DNA of 63,252 nt, counting the filler, from Chiloscyllium plagiosum (taxonomy: Eukaryota), in NCBI RefSeq assembly GCF_004010195.1. It is 4 parts of one record of this genome, joined end to end, with 100 filler letters (N's around TTAATTAATTAA, not from the genome) between each part and the next. Parts side by side here need not be neighbours in the genome. Positions count along the whole stretch, not along the records: positions 33,914 to 59,854 come from NC_057716.1; positions 59,955 to 63,252 come from NC_057716.1; 2 more parts are not named here. One strand, given 5' to 3'. A program made the translations under genes and the position numbers. Positions within the stretch are counted from its first letter, which is position 1, and each line of letters begins with the position of its first letter. The notes below the pieces were generated by a model. The model was not told where the DNA came from. It worked only from the letters and a program-made list of their open reading frames with translations, and made no database searches. Below are positions 50,931 to 63,252 of this stretch, piece by piece.

Positions 50931-52646
50931 TGCAATGTGACAAGGAAGAAAAGCAGAATATTACATCAGCAAAGTACTGTTTCTTTTTTGTCACAATTCT
51001 ACCACCACTTGCCCTGCTTTCTTTTTGATTTTATTTTCTTCTGCATGGACCTACAAGGTAACTTCTGAAACCATAGTCAATGCTGGGAATTGTATTGGCT
51101 CAGCAATTGGCATTTGCACCCTATAGCCTAGAAGAAGTGTTTCTCTTGCCTATCGCCTGCCTTGGATTTTTAGTTTTCATATTCTACTGCCAATGAGTTT
51201 ATCAAATCAGCTGAAAGATTTTGTGGAGTATCCAATCACTTCGAGCGAAGGGAGAGACCTATGAGACATGAAAGGCTAATGGGCCATGAGTGATTAAATT
51301 ACCCTTGAGGGGTGTAATCACGGTTAAACATTTAAGGCCAGATTCACTGTGTGAATCAAGGGATTGAATAAATTTGCTGCAGGTCATTGGTGTACTTGTG
51401 CTTGAATTAGTATTAACTATTCCAGTGGACTTACCTACCAACCAGAAAATCTATACACTGAGCGGACAAGTAAGCAGATACTTCAACCACATAACAACAA
51501 AAAATAGATATGGTATAAAAGCGTCATCGTGACATTTTAGCATAAATTCAAGAATTTTTCATTTTAATTCATAAGACATTTTTAGGAATAAAATGTAATA
51601 TCTACTGCTTCAAAAAGTAAAGATTAAAATAATCAAGTTCAAAATAAGCAATATAAATAGGTTTGTGGCAACTATATTACCTAAGAATTTCACTATTACT
51701 AACTCTGGAATAAGTTACCAAACGCATATCAGATGCATTTAACCAATGCAATTATTGATTTTTTTAAAGAAAAAATGAAGGAAGAACCCTGTGGGACTTG
51801 CATTGCACGATCGCAACAGAAATTGCTGGAAAAGCTCAGCAGATCTTCCAGCAACTGTGAAGAGAAGTCAGTGTCTCGATATGAGTAGTGCTACCATCTC
51901 AAGTCTTTTTGTTTTACCTATGACATTCCCTTGTAATTATCAGCTTCAGCTTCTAGATATTAGCCAATATAATATTCCTCGGATAAGTTGCTTTTTTTAG
52001 CAAGAGAGGATTAAAGAGGGAAAGCCTGTCATTATCAACCTACCTTTTCAGCACTTCAGATGGAGTACAGGACAGAATCTTTCTGAACACATTTGTATCT
52101 TTTGTTTCAAAATCAAACAGAGGTCATTCTGACCGGCATGATCAGATAAACGACCACTCTGACTAAATTTACTTTCTTCCTTTCATGCTATTGATCACTA
52201 AGCTAATTTCTCAAGGAAAGTAATATGCTTCCTGTTCCTTCTCCTTTCTAGAGGAATGATTTTAATTGAGTAGAGATCTGTCTTGGAACAATTACCTGTC
52301 TTATATCTACAAAATCGTTGAGATGTCTTCACCCCTACTGCTTGTTGTCAGTATTAACTCAGACCATTTAGAAAATTATGATCCAAATTAATTGAAACTA
52401 TGCAGAAAGTCATTAACTGAATGAAATAAATTCAAACAATTCTCTCGTTGATGTAAGTTGATCAATGCAGAGAATAGCTGGTGCTGATGAAAATATGATT
52501 TCATGTGTTGTGCCCAGTGATAAATGATACAGTAAGTGCTAGCTGAAGATACATAGAGTGTTTGAAAATGGGGCTTATGTTTGATGATAAGAGTGGGGAT
52601 TTTAAGGTTAATTGTATTGCACATGATGCTGAGTAGTTAATCACTA

Positions 52647-53860
52647 AGTGCCACTGTTTAAGAAAGATGGTAAGGACAAGCTAGGGAACAATACACCAGT
52701 GAGCCTGATGTCGGTGGTGGGCAAGTTGTTGTAGGGAATCCTGAAGGACAGGATGTACATGTATTTGGAAAGGCAAGGATTGTTTAGGGTTAGTTAACAT
52801 GGCTTTGTTCGTGGAAAATCATGTCTCACAAACTTGATTGAGTTTTTTGAAGAAGTAACAAAGAGGATTGATGAGAGCAGAGCAGTAGATGTGATCTATA
52901 TGAACTTCAGTAAGGCGTTTGACAAGGTTCCCCATGGGATACTGGTGAGCAAAGTTAGATCTCACGGAATACAGGGTGAACTAACCATTTGGATACAGAA
53001 CTGGCTCAAAGGTAGAAGACAGAGGGTGGTGGTAGTGGAGGGTTGTTTTTCAGACTGGAGGCCTGTGACCAGTGAATTGCCACAAGGATTGGTGCTGGTT
53101 CCAGTACTTTTCATCATGCATATATGTGATTTGGTTGTGAGCATAAGCGGTATAGTTAGTAAGTTTGCAGATGATATCAAAATTGGAGGTGTAGTCGTCA
53201 GCGAAGAAGATTACCTCAGCTTACAATGTGATCTTGATCAGATGGGCCAATGGGCTGAGAAGTGGCAATTGGATTATAATTTAGATAAATATGAGGTGCT
53301 GCATTTTGGGAAAGCAAATCTTAGCAGGACATATATACTTAATGGTAAGGTCCTAGCAAGTGTTGCTAAACAAAGAGACCTTGGAGTGCAGGTTCATAAC
53401 TCCTTGAAAGTAGAGTTGCACGTAGATAGGATAGTGAAGAAGGCATTTGGTATGCTTTCCTTTCTTGGTCAGAGTATTGAGGAGTTGGGAAGTCATGTTG
53501 CAGCTGTACAGGACATTGGTTAGGCCACTGTTGGAATATTGCATACAATTCTGGTCTCCTTCCTATCAGAAAGATGTTGTGAAACTTGAAATGGCTCAGA
53601 AAAGATTTAGAAGGCTGTTGCCAGGGTTGAAGGATTTTAGCTACAGGGAGAGGTTGAATAGACTAGGGCTGTTTTCCTGGAAGCATCGGAGGCTGAGGGG
53701 TGACCTGATAGAGGTTTATAAAATCATGAGGGGCATGGATAGGATAAACAGACAAAGTCTTTTCCCTGGGTTGGGGGAGTCCAGAACTAGAGGGCATAGG
53801 TTTAGAGTGAGAGGGGAAAGATATAAAAGAGACCTCAGGGACAACCTTTTCACTCAGAGG
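52647..53860 (+). mobile_element. CR1 ORF2 RT fragment
   Basis: ORFs 52834-53523 and 53447-53926 (FSKAFDKV, PQG, SKFADD, RRLRGDL). Confidence 0.92.
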
Positions 53861-53861
53861 G

Positions 53862-56320
53862 TTGACACCTCATGTTTAGATATGTCGCATGTTTCTTCTG
53901 GGATGCCATTGGGCACTCTTCATTAGGCCAGGGTTAGTCCCATTACTTGGTGGTAATGGTAGAGTGGGGAATATGTAGAGCCATGAAGTTGTAGATTGGG
54001 TTGGTGTACACAGTGCTTCATGGATGCTGAGTTGTTAGTTGCTAAGCATTTTGAAATCTATCACATTTACCACATTAATGGTGCAATACAACACAATGGA
54101 GAGTATCTTCAATGTCAAGATGGAATTTTGTCTCCACAAAAGATTGTGTGCTGGTCATTTGTATGAATACTGTCAAGGACACATGAATCTGCAGCTGCCA
54201 GATTGCTGAAGGTGACATCAACTACATTTTTCCACCACCTGTAGTGGCATGGTGGCTCAGTGGTTAGCACTGCTGCCCCACAGTGCCAGGGACCCAGGTT
54301 CGATCCCAGCCTTGGGTGATTGTCTGTGGAGTTGGCACATTTTTCCTGTGTTCACGTGGGTTTCCTCCAGGTGCTCCGGTTTCCTCCCACAATCCAAAGA
54401 TGTTCTGGTCAGGTGGATTGGCCATGCTAAATTGCCCATCATGTTAGGTGCATTTATCAGAGGGAAATGGTCTGGGTGGGTTGCTCTTTGGAGGATTGGA
54501 GTGGACTTGTTGGGTCGAAGGGCCTGTTTCCACACTGTAGGGAGTCTAATCTAATCTGCTGCAGACCCAGTCCTTTAGGACTTGACAAGCTCAGTCATTC
54601 ATGATAATGCTGAGCCTATGGTATTGATTGACATCGAAGGTTCGAGCTAGAGGACATTCTGCACCCTTGCTACCCTCAATGCAGCCTCCACAGTTCATCT
54701 GTATTCAACATGGAGGAGGACAGATTCAACAGCTGAGAAATATGTAGAAATCGACAGGAGGTTTTCTTGCCAGCATTGGAGTAGATCTCATGAAACTTCA
54801 TGGGGTTCAGAGTCAATGTTGACGACTCATGAGGCAACTCCCTCCTGACTATATGCCACTGTGCCATCAACACTGCTTCGGCCTGTCCTGTTGGTTGAAC
54901 AGGTCTTATCCAAGTTTGGTGATGGTGTTGTCTGGGACATTGTCTGGATCTGACTCTGTAGGTATAACTGTATAAGGCTGTTGCTTGACTAGTCTGTGAG
55001 ACAGCTCTCTCAATCTTAGTTCTAGCCCCCAGATGTTAGTAGGGAGGACTTTGCAGGATCAACAGGGCTGTGTTTGCATGTGTTTTTTCTTATACACAGG
55101 TAAATGCCAGGTGACCTGTCCAGTTTTCTTCCTTTTTGAAGCATTTTCATTATTTTAGTCCAATTGCACAAGGCTATTTCTGAGGGCAGTCAAAAGTCAA
55201 CCACATCGTTGTAGATGTGAAGTCAGATATAGGCCAAAGCAGGTAAGGATGATAATTTTCCTTCTTCAAAGGGTACAAGTGACCAATATGAACAATAGTT
55301 TCATGATTATAATTTGACTTATAATTCCAGATTTCTTCATAGAAAGAATACTTGTAGAAAAATTATAACATGTTAGAATTGTTTAGCTATTTCTGGATAA
55401 AATATGACTTTTTATCAAGGAGTGAGGTCAACTATTTGATTTGTGCTGTCAACATCTACTGTTCACAGAAAAATCAAATGACTCAAAAGAGTCAAGCAAA
55501 GCTTTCAAGGAGGTAAAGCTTGGTGTTTAAATATTAGATATTAGATTTAAATATTAAGCCTTAAATATTAGAAACCATGTCAATGAAAAAGACTAGGAGC
55601 CTTAATGTTGAGCAACCTTTCTGGATTTAAGATTATACTTTACAGACCTAGGAATCCATAAAGAAGACACATTAGAAGCTACAAGACTGCCTCCTGACCT
55701 CCTGCTCTATCAGCATTTATTGCCCATCCCTAGTTGCCCTTGAGAAGGTGATGGTGAGCTGCCTTCTTGCACTGCTGCAGTCCACATGTTAACCACAATG
55801 CCATTCGGAAAAGAATCCTTGGACTTCGACTCAATTACACAGAAGGTATAGCAATAATTTTTTTAAGTCTGGATCATAAGAGTCTAGAAGGGGACATTGT
55901 AGGTGGTGATATTCCCAGAGATGTGCTATCTTTGTCCTTCTCGGTGTTAGTAGTCATGCACTTGGTATGTACTGTCTAAAGAAGTTGGAATATTTCTTCA
56001 GTGCATCTTGTGGACAGTACACACTGCTGTGACTGAGTTTCAGTGCTGAAGGGAGTGGATGTTGTGGATATGATGCCAATCAACAGGGCTGTTTCCTCCT
56101 GGATGGTGTCAAACTTCTTGAGTATTGGAACTCACTAATTCAGGCAAGTGGGAGTATTGCATTACACTCCTGACATGTGCCCAATTAGTGGTGGACAAGC
56201 TTTGGGGAGACAGGAGGTGAGTTGGATTCCTAACCTCTGACCTGCTGTTGTCGTCGCTTTATTTATATGGTGAGCCTAGTTCATTTTCTGATCAAAGATA
56301 ATCTCTGAGATTTTGATAAT
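53862..56320 (-). mobile_element. Old CR1/L2-clade LINE remnants
   Basis: 3' tail cagcatttattgcccatccc at 55712; similarity to 2850-4600. Confidence 0.5.
54244..54557 (+). mobile_element. HE1-type SINE
   Basis: A/B boxes and (taatc)n tail. Confidence 0.85.
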
Positions 56321-58236
56321 GGGGAATCAGTGGTAAAAGGTAATATTCGTGTTTCTTATTAGTGTTTCTCTCAGGAGATGAACATTAAAACAAAATGGAA
56401 CACTGAACAAAGTTAATGAATTAGCAGAGGGAAAGATACATAAAAATTATTCCTGCTGACACTAGAGGGAATAGCATGGTGTAGCAAGTTTCGAAAAGCC
56501 CAAATGGCTTAAGGCAGTCTCATGTGCCATTGCAACCACTCAGACAAACACTTATCATAATGATCAGTGACCTTTTAACAACTGTGCAGTTGTAATTAAT
56601 CAATGTTTATTTTTCTCCCATAGCACTTTTGGAGTTTGCCATGATAGTAATATCGTGCAGTCCAAGTTTATTTTGACAAGAAAACAGTGATCTTCAATTT
56701 GTGTCACAGTCATAAGCCAATTAGGCATTTTCACGGTTAACTGATTAATTAGCTAAACAAAGCAACTAAGAAATGATTCTCTGAGGTCGTGTGGTGCTGT
56801 GGGTAACATCCGAATGTTTGAGCCAGAAGCTCATTATGTCGAATGTGTGATAGGTTGCATGCATATTGTCGTTAAGGTGCAAGCCAGTCAGGGGCATTCT
56901 GTAAGACACCACATCTTTTTACTTTTTGGACTGTGGACTGAAATTTTGAATAATGGAGACCATTGAGAAAAGAGATTGTGTACACAGAATTTTTTTTGTA
57001 GTTTTGAAAAGATAAGCAAAGCCAACTGGTTTGTATGCAGCAAAATGCTACTTTTCAAAGACATTGAGTCTAGATAAATTGGCTGAACTAGGTTCGGGAG
57101 ACTTCCACATATCTTCAAGCCTCTATTTGTTTAGATGGCACTTCATCTTAGAACCTCTGAGGGGAGTCAGAGAAAAGCAAGGTGACCTCCAAATGTTAGT
57201 TGCATCAATCTTTCTCTCTCGCCTTTCTCTACAAAATTTGTCTCCCCAATGTTTTGTTAAAACAGGTGGAAATGATAGACACAGATACTGATCTATCATT
57301 CCATAATCCAAAGTTAAACAAGGAAGTCTCCATTTCCAAGCAAACAACCAGCGAATAACAGACTGAGAGTCACTGCACAAAAGGCACCAAATTGTTATTT
57401 AAAGAAAGTAAAAGGATTGCAGAATCAACTCATCCAGCTTTGTAATTTTGGACTAGTAATGCAGAACTGTGTTCCGCTGACTAATTCTTCCCCCTTCCCT
57501 ATATAATACTTGTATTCAGTCTGTGTTTTATGATCTGACTGTCGATGAATGTCTGGGAGGGTTTTTTTTAACTTAAAGGGTAAATTTTAAGTTATGTGAA
57601 TTAGTAAACATGTTCTTTTAGTGTTCTTAGTAAAGTTGAGTCCTACATGAAAAATAAGAGTTGCATTATTTTTACTAAAGAAATCTTGGTGTAGTTCACT
57701 TTTACCCTGACTAGCAGTGAGTCAGAGACAAATTGAAATTTGTAGAAATTTCACTGAATCTTTAAATTGAGTACAGGAGTTGGGAGGTTATGTTCAGGTG
57801 ATACAGGACATTGGTTAGGCCACTCTTGGAATATTTGAGGAGAAAGTGAGATCTGCAGATGCTGGAGATCAGAGCTGAAAATGTGTTGCTGGAAAAGCGC
57901 AGCAGGTCNNNNNNNNNNNNNNNNNNNNNNNNNNNNNNNNNNNNNNNNNNNNNNNNNNNNNNNNNNNNNNNNNNNNNNNNNNNNNNNNNNNNNNNNNNNN
58001 NNNNNNNNNNNNNNNNNNNNNNNNNNNNNNNNNNNNNNNNNNNNNNNNNNNNNNNNNNNNNNNNNNNNNNNNNNNNNNNNNNNNNNNNNNNNNNNNNNNN
58101 NNNNNNNNNNNNNNNNNNNNNNNNNNNNNNNNNNNNNNNNNNNNNNNNNNNNNNNNNNNNNNNNNNNNNNNNNNNNNNNNNNNNNNNNNNNNNNNNNNNN
58201 NNNNNNNNNNNNNNNNNNNNNNNNNNNNNNNNNNNN

Positions 58237-58378
58237 TTTTAATATGAATAGAAAGGGTTTGGAGGGATATGGGCGGGGTGCTGGCAGGTGGGACTAGATT
58301 GGGTTGGGATATCTGGTCGGCATGGACGGGTTGGACCGAAGGGTCTGTTTCCATGCTGTACATCTCTATGACTCTATG
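58237..58378 (+). mobile_element. CR1 3' tail (upstream part at 57765-57836, interrupted by PLE family A at 57837 and a gap)
   Basis: ctctatgactctatg tail, as at 61675. Confidence 0.75.
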
Positions 58379-58619
58379 TGTGGCTACTTCAGATATGGTG
58401 GGCCTTGATTTGTAGTAAATTATGCCAGTGAGTCATGACAAGTTGTACTCTGCAAAGGATTTCATTCACTAAGTATCCAAATGGTGAGTGATCAGAGAAA
58501 GATGATTATATAGTAAACATTATCCCAGGAGTTGTCATAATATGTAGATTCCTCAGTACTTCCAGCACGACAGTTTTTTGATACATCACAACTTTTGGAG
58601 AGATGCTTTTGGTAACAAT

Positions 58620-58918
58620 GGCGTGGCACGGTGGTTCACAACACCAGAGTGCCAGGTTTGATTCCAGCCTCGGGCGACTGTCTGTGTGGAGTTTGCACAT
58701 TCTCCCTGTGTCTGCGTGGGTTTCCTCCGAGTGCTCCGGTTTCCTCCCATAATCCAAAGATGTGCAGGTATGGTGAATTGGCCATTCTAAATTGCCCACA
58801 GCTTTAGGTGCATTAGTCAGAGGGAAATGGATCTGGGTGAGTTACTTTTTGGAGGGTCGGTATGGATTGTTGGGCCAAAGGGCTAGTTTCTACACTGTAA
58901 GGAATCTAATCTAGTCTA
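58620..58918 (+). mobile_element. HE1-type SINE with deleted head
   Basis: gtttgcacattctccctgtgtctgcgtgggtttcctcc body. Confidence 0.8.
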
Positions 58919-59227
58919 ACAGCACCACATACATGTTCCTCTCCAAGCCACTCAGCACCGTGGCTTGAAATGTATCACTGTTCTTTCACTGTCGCTGGGC
59001 CAAAATCCTGGGGTTCCTTCCCTGATGGCACTGTGGGGTTACTTGCAACACACAAAATGCTGTTGTTCAAGAAAGCAGCTCATCACCACCTTCTCAAAGG
59101 CAACTGGTGATGACAATAAATGCTGGTCTAACCAGCCATGCCTATGTCTCATAAAGAAGTAAAACAGGACTACATGTTGAAGAGATGCCTCACGATATGT
59201 GTGAGAAGCCTGAGGGCAGGTCAAAGT

Positions 59228-59854
59228 TTGTGAGAAGATTTGTAGCTTGGATGCTTGTTATTGTGGTTCTGTTCGCCGAGCTGGGAATTTGTGTTGCAGA
59301 CATTTCGTCCCCTGTCTAGGTGACATCTTCAGTGCTTGGGAACCTCCTGTGAAGCACTTTTGTGTTGTTTCCTCCAGCATTTATAGTGGTTTGTCTCTGC
59401 CGATTCCGGTTGTCCGTTCCAGCTGTCCGCTGCAGTGGCCGGTCTATTGGGTCCAGGTCGATGTGTTTGTTGATAGAATCTGTGGATGAGTGCCATGCCT
59501 CTAGGAATTCCCTGGCTGTTCTCTGTTTGGCTTGTCCTATAATAGTAGTGTTGTCCCAGTCGAACTCATTTTGCTTTTCATCTGTGTGTGTGGCTACTAA
59601 GGATAGCTGATCGTGTCGTTTCGTAGCTAGTTGGTGTTCATGTATACGGATCGTTAGCTGTCTTCCTGTTTGTCCTATGTAGTGTTTTGTGCAGTCCTTG
59701 CATGGGATTTTGTACACTACGTTGGTTTTGCTCATGCTGGGTATCAAAGACAGAGAAGTGGTGAGTTTTTGTCTGAGAGTGGCTGTTGGTTTGTGTGCCG
59801 TTATGAGTCCTAGTGGTCGCAGTAGTCTGGCTGTCAGTTCGGAAATGCTCTTGA
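59228..59854 (-). mobile_element. Poseidon/Penelope-type PLE 3' end (GIY-YIG endonuclease plus terminal repeat)
   Basis: NVVYKIPCKDCTKHYIGQTGRQLTIRIHEH...FDWD...REFLEAW. Confidence 0.9.
59296..59335 (-). ncRNA. Minimal hammerhead ribozyme motif of the Poseidon-type PLE
   Basis: GCA CUGAAGA U-GUCACCU-AGAC-AGGGGAC GAAAU GUC UGC. Confidence 0.65.
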
Positions 59855-59954
59855 NNNNNNNNNNNNNNNNNNNNNNNNNNNNNNNNNNNNNNNNNNNNTT
59901 AATTAATTAANNNNNNNNNNNNNNNNNNNNNNNNNNNNNNNNNNNNNNNNNNNN

Positions 59955-60375
59955 CCCCCTCCCTATTCTTTTTAAATGCTCTAAACCCTGGAACATCCAG
60001 CAACCATTCCTGCCCCTGAGAAACCCATGTCTCTGTTATGGCCACAACATCATAGCATCCATGCTCTAAGTTCATCACTTTTATTCCTGATACTCCTTGC
60101 GTTAAACCAAACACACTTTAACTGATCCCTTGGTTCCTTCCCAGGAAAGTCCTTCCCACTAGCTGGTCTACCTCTTGCTATTGCCTCATCTTCATCAACT
60201 CTCACCTCCGGTATACAGCTCAGGTTCCCACCCCCCTGCCATACTTGTTTAACCCCTCCTGAACCACTTGAGCAAACCTTCCACCCAGGATATTGGTCCC
60301 CTTCCAGTTGAGATGCAACCCGTCCTTCTTTCACAGGTCCCACCTTCCCCAGAAGGCACCCCAATTATCTACATA
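59955..60375 (-). mobile_element. CR1 ORF1/ORF2 junction fragment
   Basis: LKCVWFNARSIRNK, YDVVAITETW. Confidence 0.85.
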
Positions 60376-60683
60376 TCTGAAGCCTGTGTTTATCTCTCCA
60401 GACTGATCTCATCTATGTACCTGTCCAAATGTATTTTAAATGACAAAATTGTACTTATTTCCACCACTATCTGTGGCAGCCTGTTCCAGACACTTACCAC
60501 CCTCTTTGTGAATAAGTTGCCCCTCTGAACCCTTTTCTATCTCTCCCCTCTCTCTGTAGGAATATGGCAACTTGACCTTTACCTTCATTCCTATCTCTGT
60601 TTTATTTGCCCAGTACCATAAGCAGTATGTCACTATTTCCCATCGTCTTCATCTTTCCATGCCCCTGCAGCCCTGGTTTTCTA

Positions 60684-61697
60684 GATTGAGGGTGGTGGTG
60701 GAGGGTTGTTTTTCAGACTGGAGGCCTGTGACCAATGGAGTGCCACATGGATCGGTGATGGGTCCTCTACTTTTTGTCATTTACATAAATGATTTGGATG
60801 CGAGCATAAGAGGTACAGTTGACCAGATGGGTCAATGAGCTGAGAAGTGGCAGATGGAATTTAATTCAGGTAAATGCGAGGTGCTGCATTTTGGGAAAAC
60901 AAATCTTAGCAGGACTTATACACTTAATGGTAAGATCCTAGGGAGTGTTACCGAACAAAGAGACCTTGGAGTGCAGGTTCATAGCTCCTTGAAAGTGGAG
61001 TCGTAGGTAGATAGGACAGTAAAGAAGGCATTTGTTATGCTTTCTTTTATTGGTCGGAGTATTAAGTACAGGAGTTGGGAGGTCATGTTGTGGCTAAACA
61101 GGACATTGGTTAGGCCACTGTTGGAATATTGCGTGCAATTCTGATCTCCTTCCTATTGGAAAGATGTTGTGAAACTTGAAAGGGTTCAGAAAAGATGTAC
61201 AAGGATGTTGCCAGGGTTGGAGGATTTGAGCTATAGGGAGAGGCTGAACAGGCTGGGGCTGTTTTCCCTGGAGCATCGGAGGCTGAGGGGTGACCTTACA
61301 GAGGTTTACAAATTATGAGGGGCATGGATAGGGTAAATAGGCAAAGTCTTTTCCCTGGGGTGGGGGAGTCCAGAACTAGAGGGCATAGGTTTAGGGTAAG
61401 AGGGGAAGATATAAAAGAGACCTAAGGGGCAACTTTTTCACACAGAGGGTGGATGTATATGGAATGAGCTGCTAGAGGAAGAGGTGGAGGCTGGTACAAT
61501 TGCAACATTTAAGAGGCATTTGGATGGGTATATGAATAAGGCATTTGGATGGGTATATGAATAGGAAGGGTTTGGAGGGATGTGGGCCAGGCGTTGACAA
61601 GTGAGACTGGATTGGGTTGGAATATGTGGTCGGCATGGACGGGTTGGACCGAAGGATCTGTTGTCATGCTGTACATCTCTATGACTCTATGACTCTC
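60684..61697 (+). mobile_element. 5'-truncated CR1 (same family as 52647-53860)
   Basis: [29 protein letters not shown]; ctctatgactct tail. Confidence 0.9.
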
Positions 61698-61701
61698 CTA
61701 A

Positions 61702-62055
61702 TAGAACAGAGAACAGCACAGTACAGCACAGGCCCTTCAGCTCTCGATGATATGCCGACCTTTTATCCTACTCTAAGATCGGACTAACATACATACCCTG
61801 CATTGTACTATCATCCATGCGCCTATCCAAGAGTCGCTTAAATGTCCCTAATGTATCTGACTCTACTACCACCGCTGGCAGTGCATTCCACACACCTACC
61901 ACTCTCGTTGTAAAGAACCTACTTCTGACATCTCCCCTAAACCTTCCTCCAATCACCTTAAAATTATGCCCCTTCATGATAGCCATTTCGTCTCTCAGAA
62001 AACCTCTCTGGCTATCCATTCTATTTATGCCTCTCATCATCTTGTACACCTCTAA
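61702..62055 (-). mobile_element. CR1 3' end, tail-to-tail with the previous element
   Basis: ORF 61768-62049. Confidence 0.85.
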
Positions 62056-62349
62056 TCTTTTGCAAACCTCTGAAATATATGCCTGCCTCTTCCTATGTCT
62101 AATTTTAAATTTCTTCTTAAAGTCACTCTCTCACCTGAATAGTATTCATAGTTGTGACATTGAACCAAGAATGGGAGGTGATTTTATCTTGAGTATATAG
62201 GCTACCAGGGGAAATGATAGAGTGTTTATCAAAGGGATGTTCCCCATTTGGGAGAGTCTAAATATAGAGTACTGTATGTAGTTTAAAAATAAAGGATCTC
62301 CCATGTAGCATGGAGGTGAGGAGAATTTACTTCTCCCAGAGGGTTCACA

Positions 62350-62700
62350 ACACCATAAGACATAGGAGAGAAAGTGGACCGTTCAGCCCATTGAGTCTGC
62401 TCTGTCATTCGATGAGATCATGGCTGAGTTGACAATCCTCAACTCCATATTCCTGCCTTTTCCCATAACCCTCAATTCCGCTACTGATTAAAACCTATCT
62501 CAGCCTTGAATATACTAAATGATTCAGCCTGTACAGCCCTCTGTGGTAAATAATTCCATAGATTCACAACCCTCTGAGAGAAGAAATTTCTCATCTCCGT
62601 TTTAAATAGGCGACCCCTTATTCCGAGATGATGCCCTCTGGTCCGAGATTCTCCCACAATGAGAAATGACCTTTCTGCATTCACTCTGTTAAATCCCGAA
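62350..62700 (-). mobile_element. CR1 3' end
   Basis: ORF 62481-62684 FFSQRVVNLWN.LP. Confidence 0.8.
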
Positions 62701-62741
62701 GAATTCTGGTCTTGAGTCTTTGGAACACTCTTGCCCAGAGT

Positions 62742-63252
62742 TCATAGAACATAGAACATAGAACAATACAGCACAGAACAGGCCCTTCGGCCCACGATGT
62801 TGTGCCGAACATTTGTCCTAGCTTAAGCACCCATCCATGTACCTATCCAATTGCCACTTAAAGGTCACCAAAGATTCTGACTCTACCACTCCCACAGGCA
62901 GCGCATTCCATGCCCCCACCACTCTCTGGGTAAAGAACCCACCCCTGACATCTCTCCTATACCTTCCACCCTTCACCTTAAATTTATGTCCCCTTGTAAC
63001 ACTCGGTTGTACCCGGGGAAAAAGTGTCTGATTGTCTACTCTATCTATTCCCGTGATCATCTTATAAACCTCTATCAAGTCACCCCTCATCCTTCGCCAT
63101 TCCAACGAGAAAAGGCCGAGAACTCTCAACCTATCCTCGTACGACTTCCTCTCCATTCCAGGCAACATCCTGGTAAATCTTCTCTGCACCCCCTCCAAAG
63201 CTTCCACATCTTTCCTAAAGTGAGGCGACCAGAACTCCACACAGTACTCCAA
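62742..63252 (-). mobile_element. Young CR1 3' end
   Basis: ORF 62818-63252; (catagaa)n tail. Confidence 0.9.

Noticed and set aside
61514..61563. Short 25-bp tandem duplication in a CR1 tail
   Set aside because: Ordinary slippage with no sign of function.

Overview
Eukaryotic, repeat-dense vertebrate DNA with seven N-gap regions, almost certainly from a shark or other elasmobranch (HE1-type tRNA SINEs, Deu-domain SINEs, many CR1 LINEs). The window lies inside a large + strand neurexin-family gene, most like CNTNAP5. Only two coding exons were found (36529-36648 and 39641-39841, fibrinogen-like region); the rest is intron. The introns hold fragmented CR1/L2/Rex1 LINEs, SINEs, a Gypsy-type LTR retrotransposon with Gmr1-like integrase-before-RT order plus a related solo LTR, Tigger-like DNA-transposon ends, and many Penelope-like elements (PLEs). 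The most notable signal: at least five distinct short PLE terminal-repeat families each carry a minimal type-I hammerhead ribozyme motif (CUGANGA-stem II-GAAA-palindromic helix III-NUH). Many are arranged as short back-to-back hairpin insertions with target-site duplications (TSDs), and one intact copy lies on the pre-mRNA sense strand about 440 nt upstream of an exon. There is also a cluster of local 130-500 bp direct and inverted duplications. Repeat boundaries were read by eye and are approximate, and family names come from motif recognition, not database searches.
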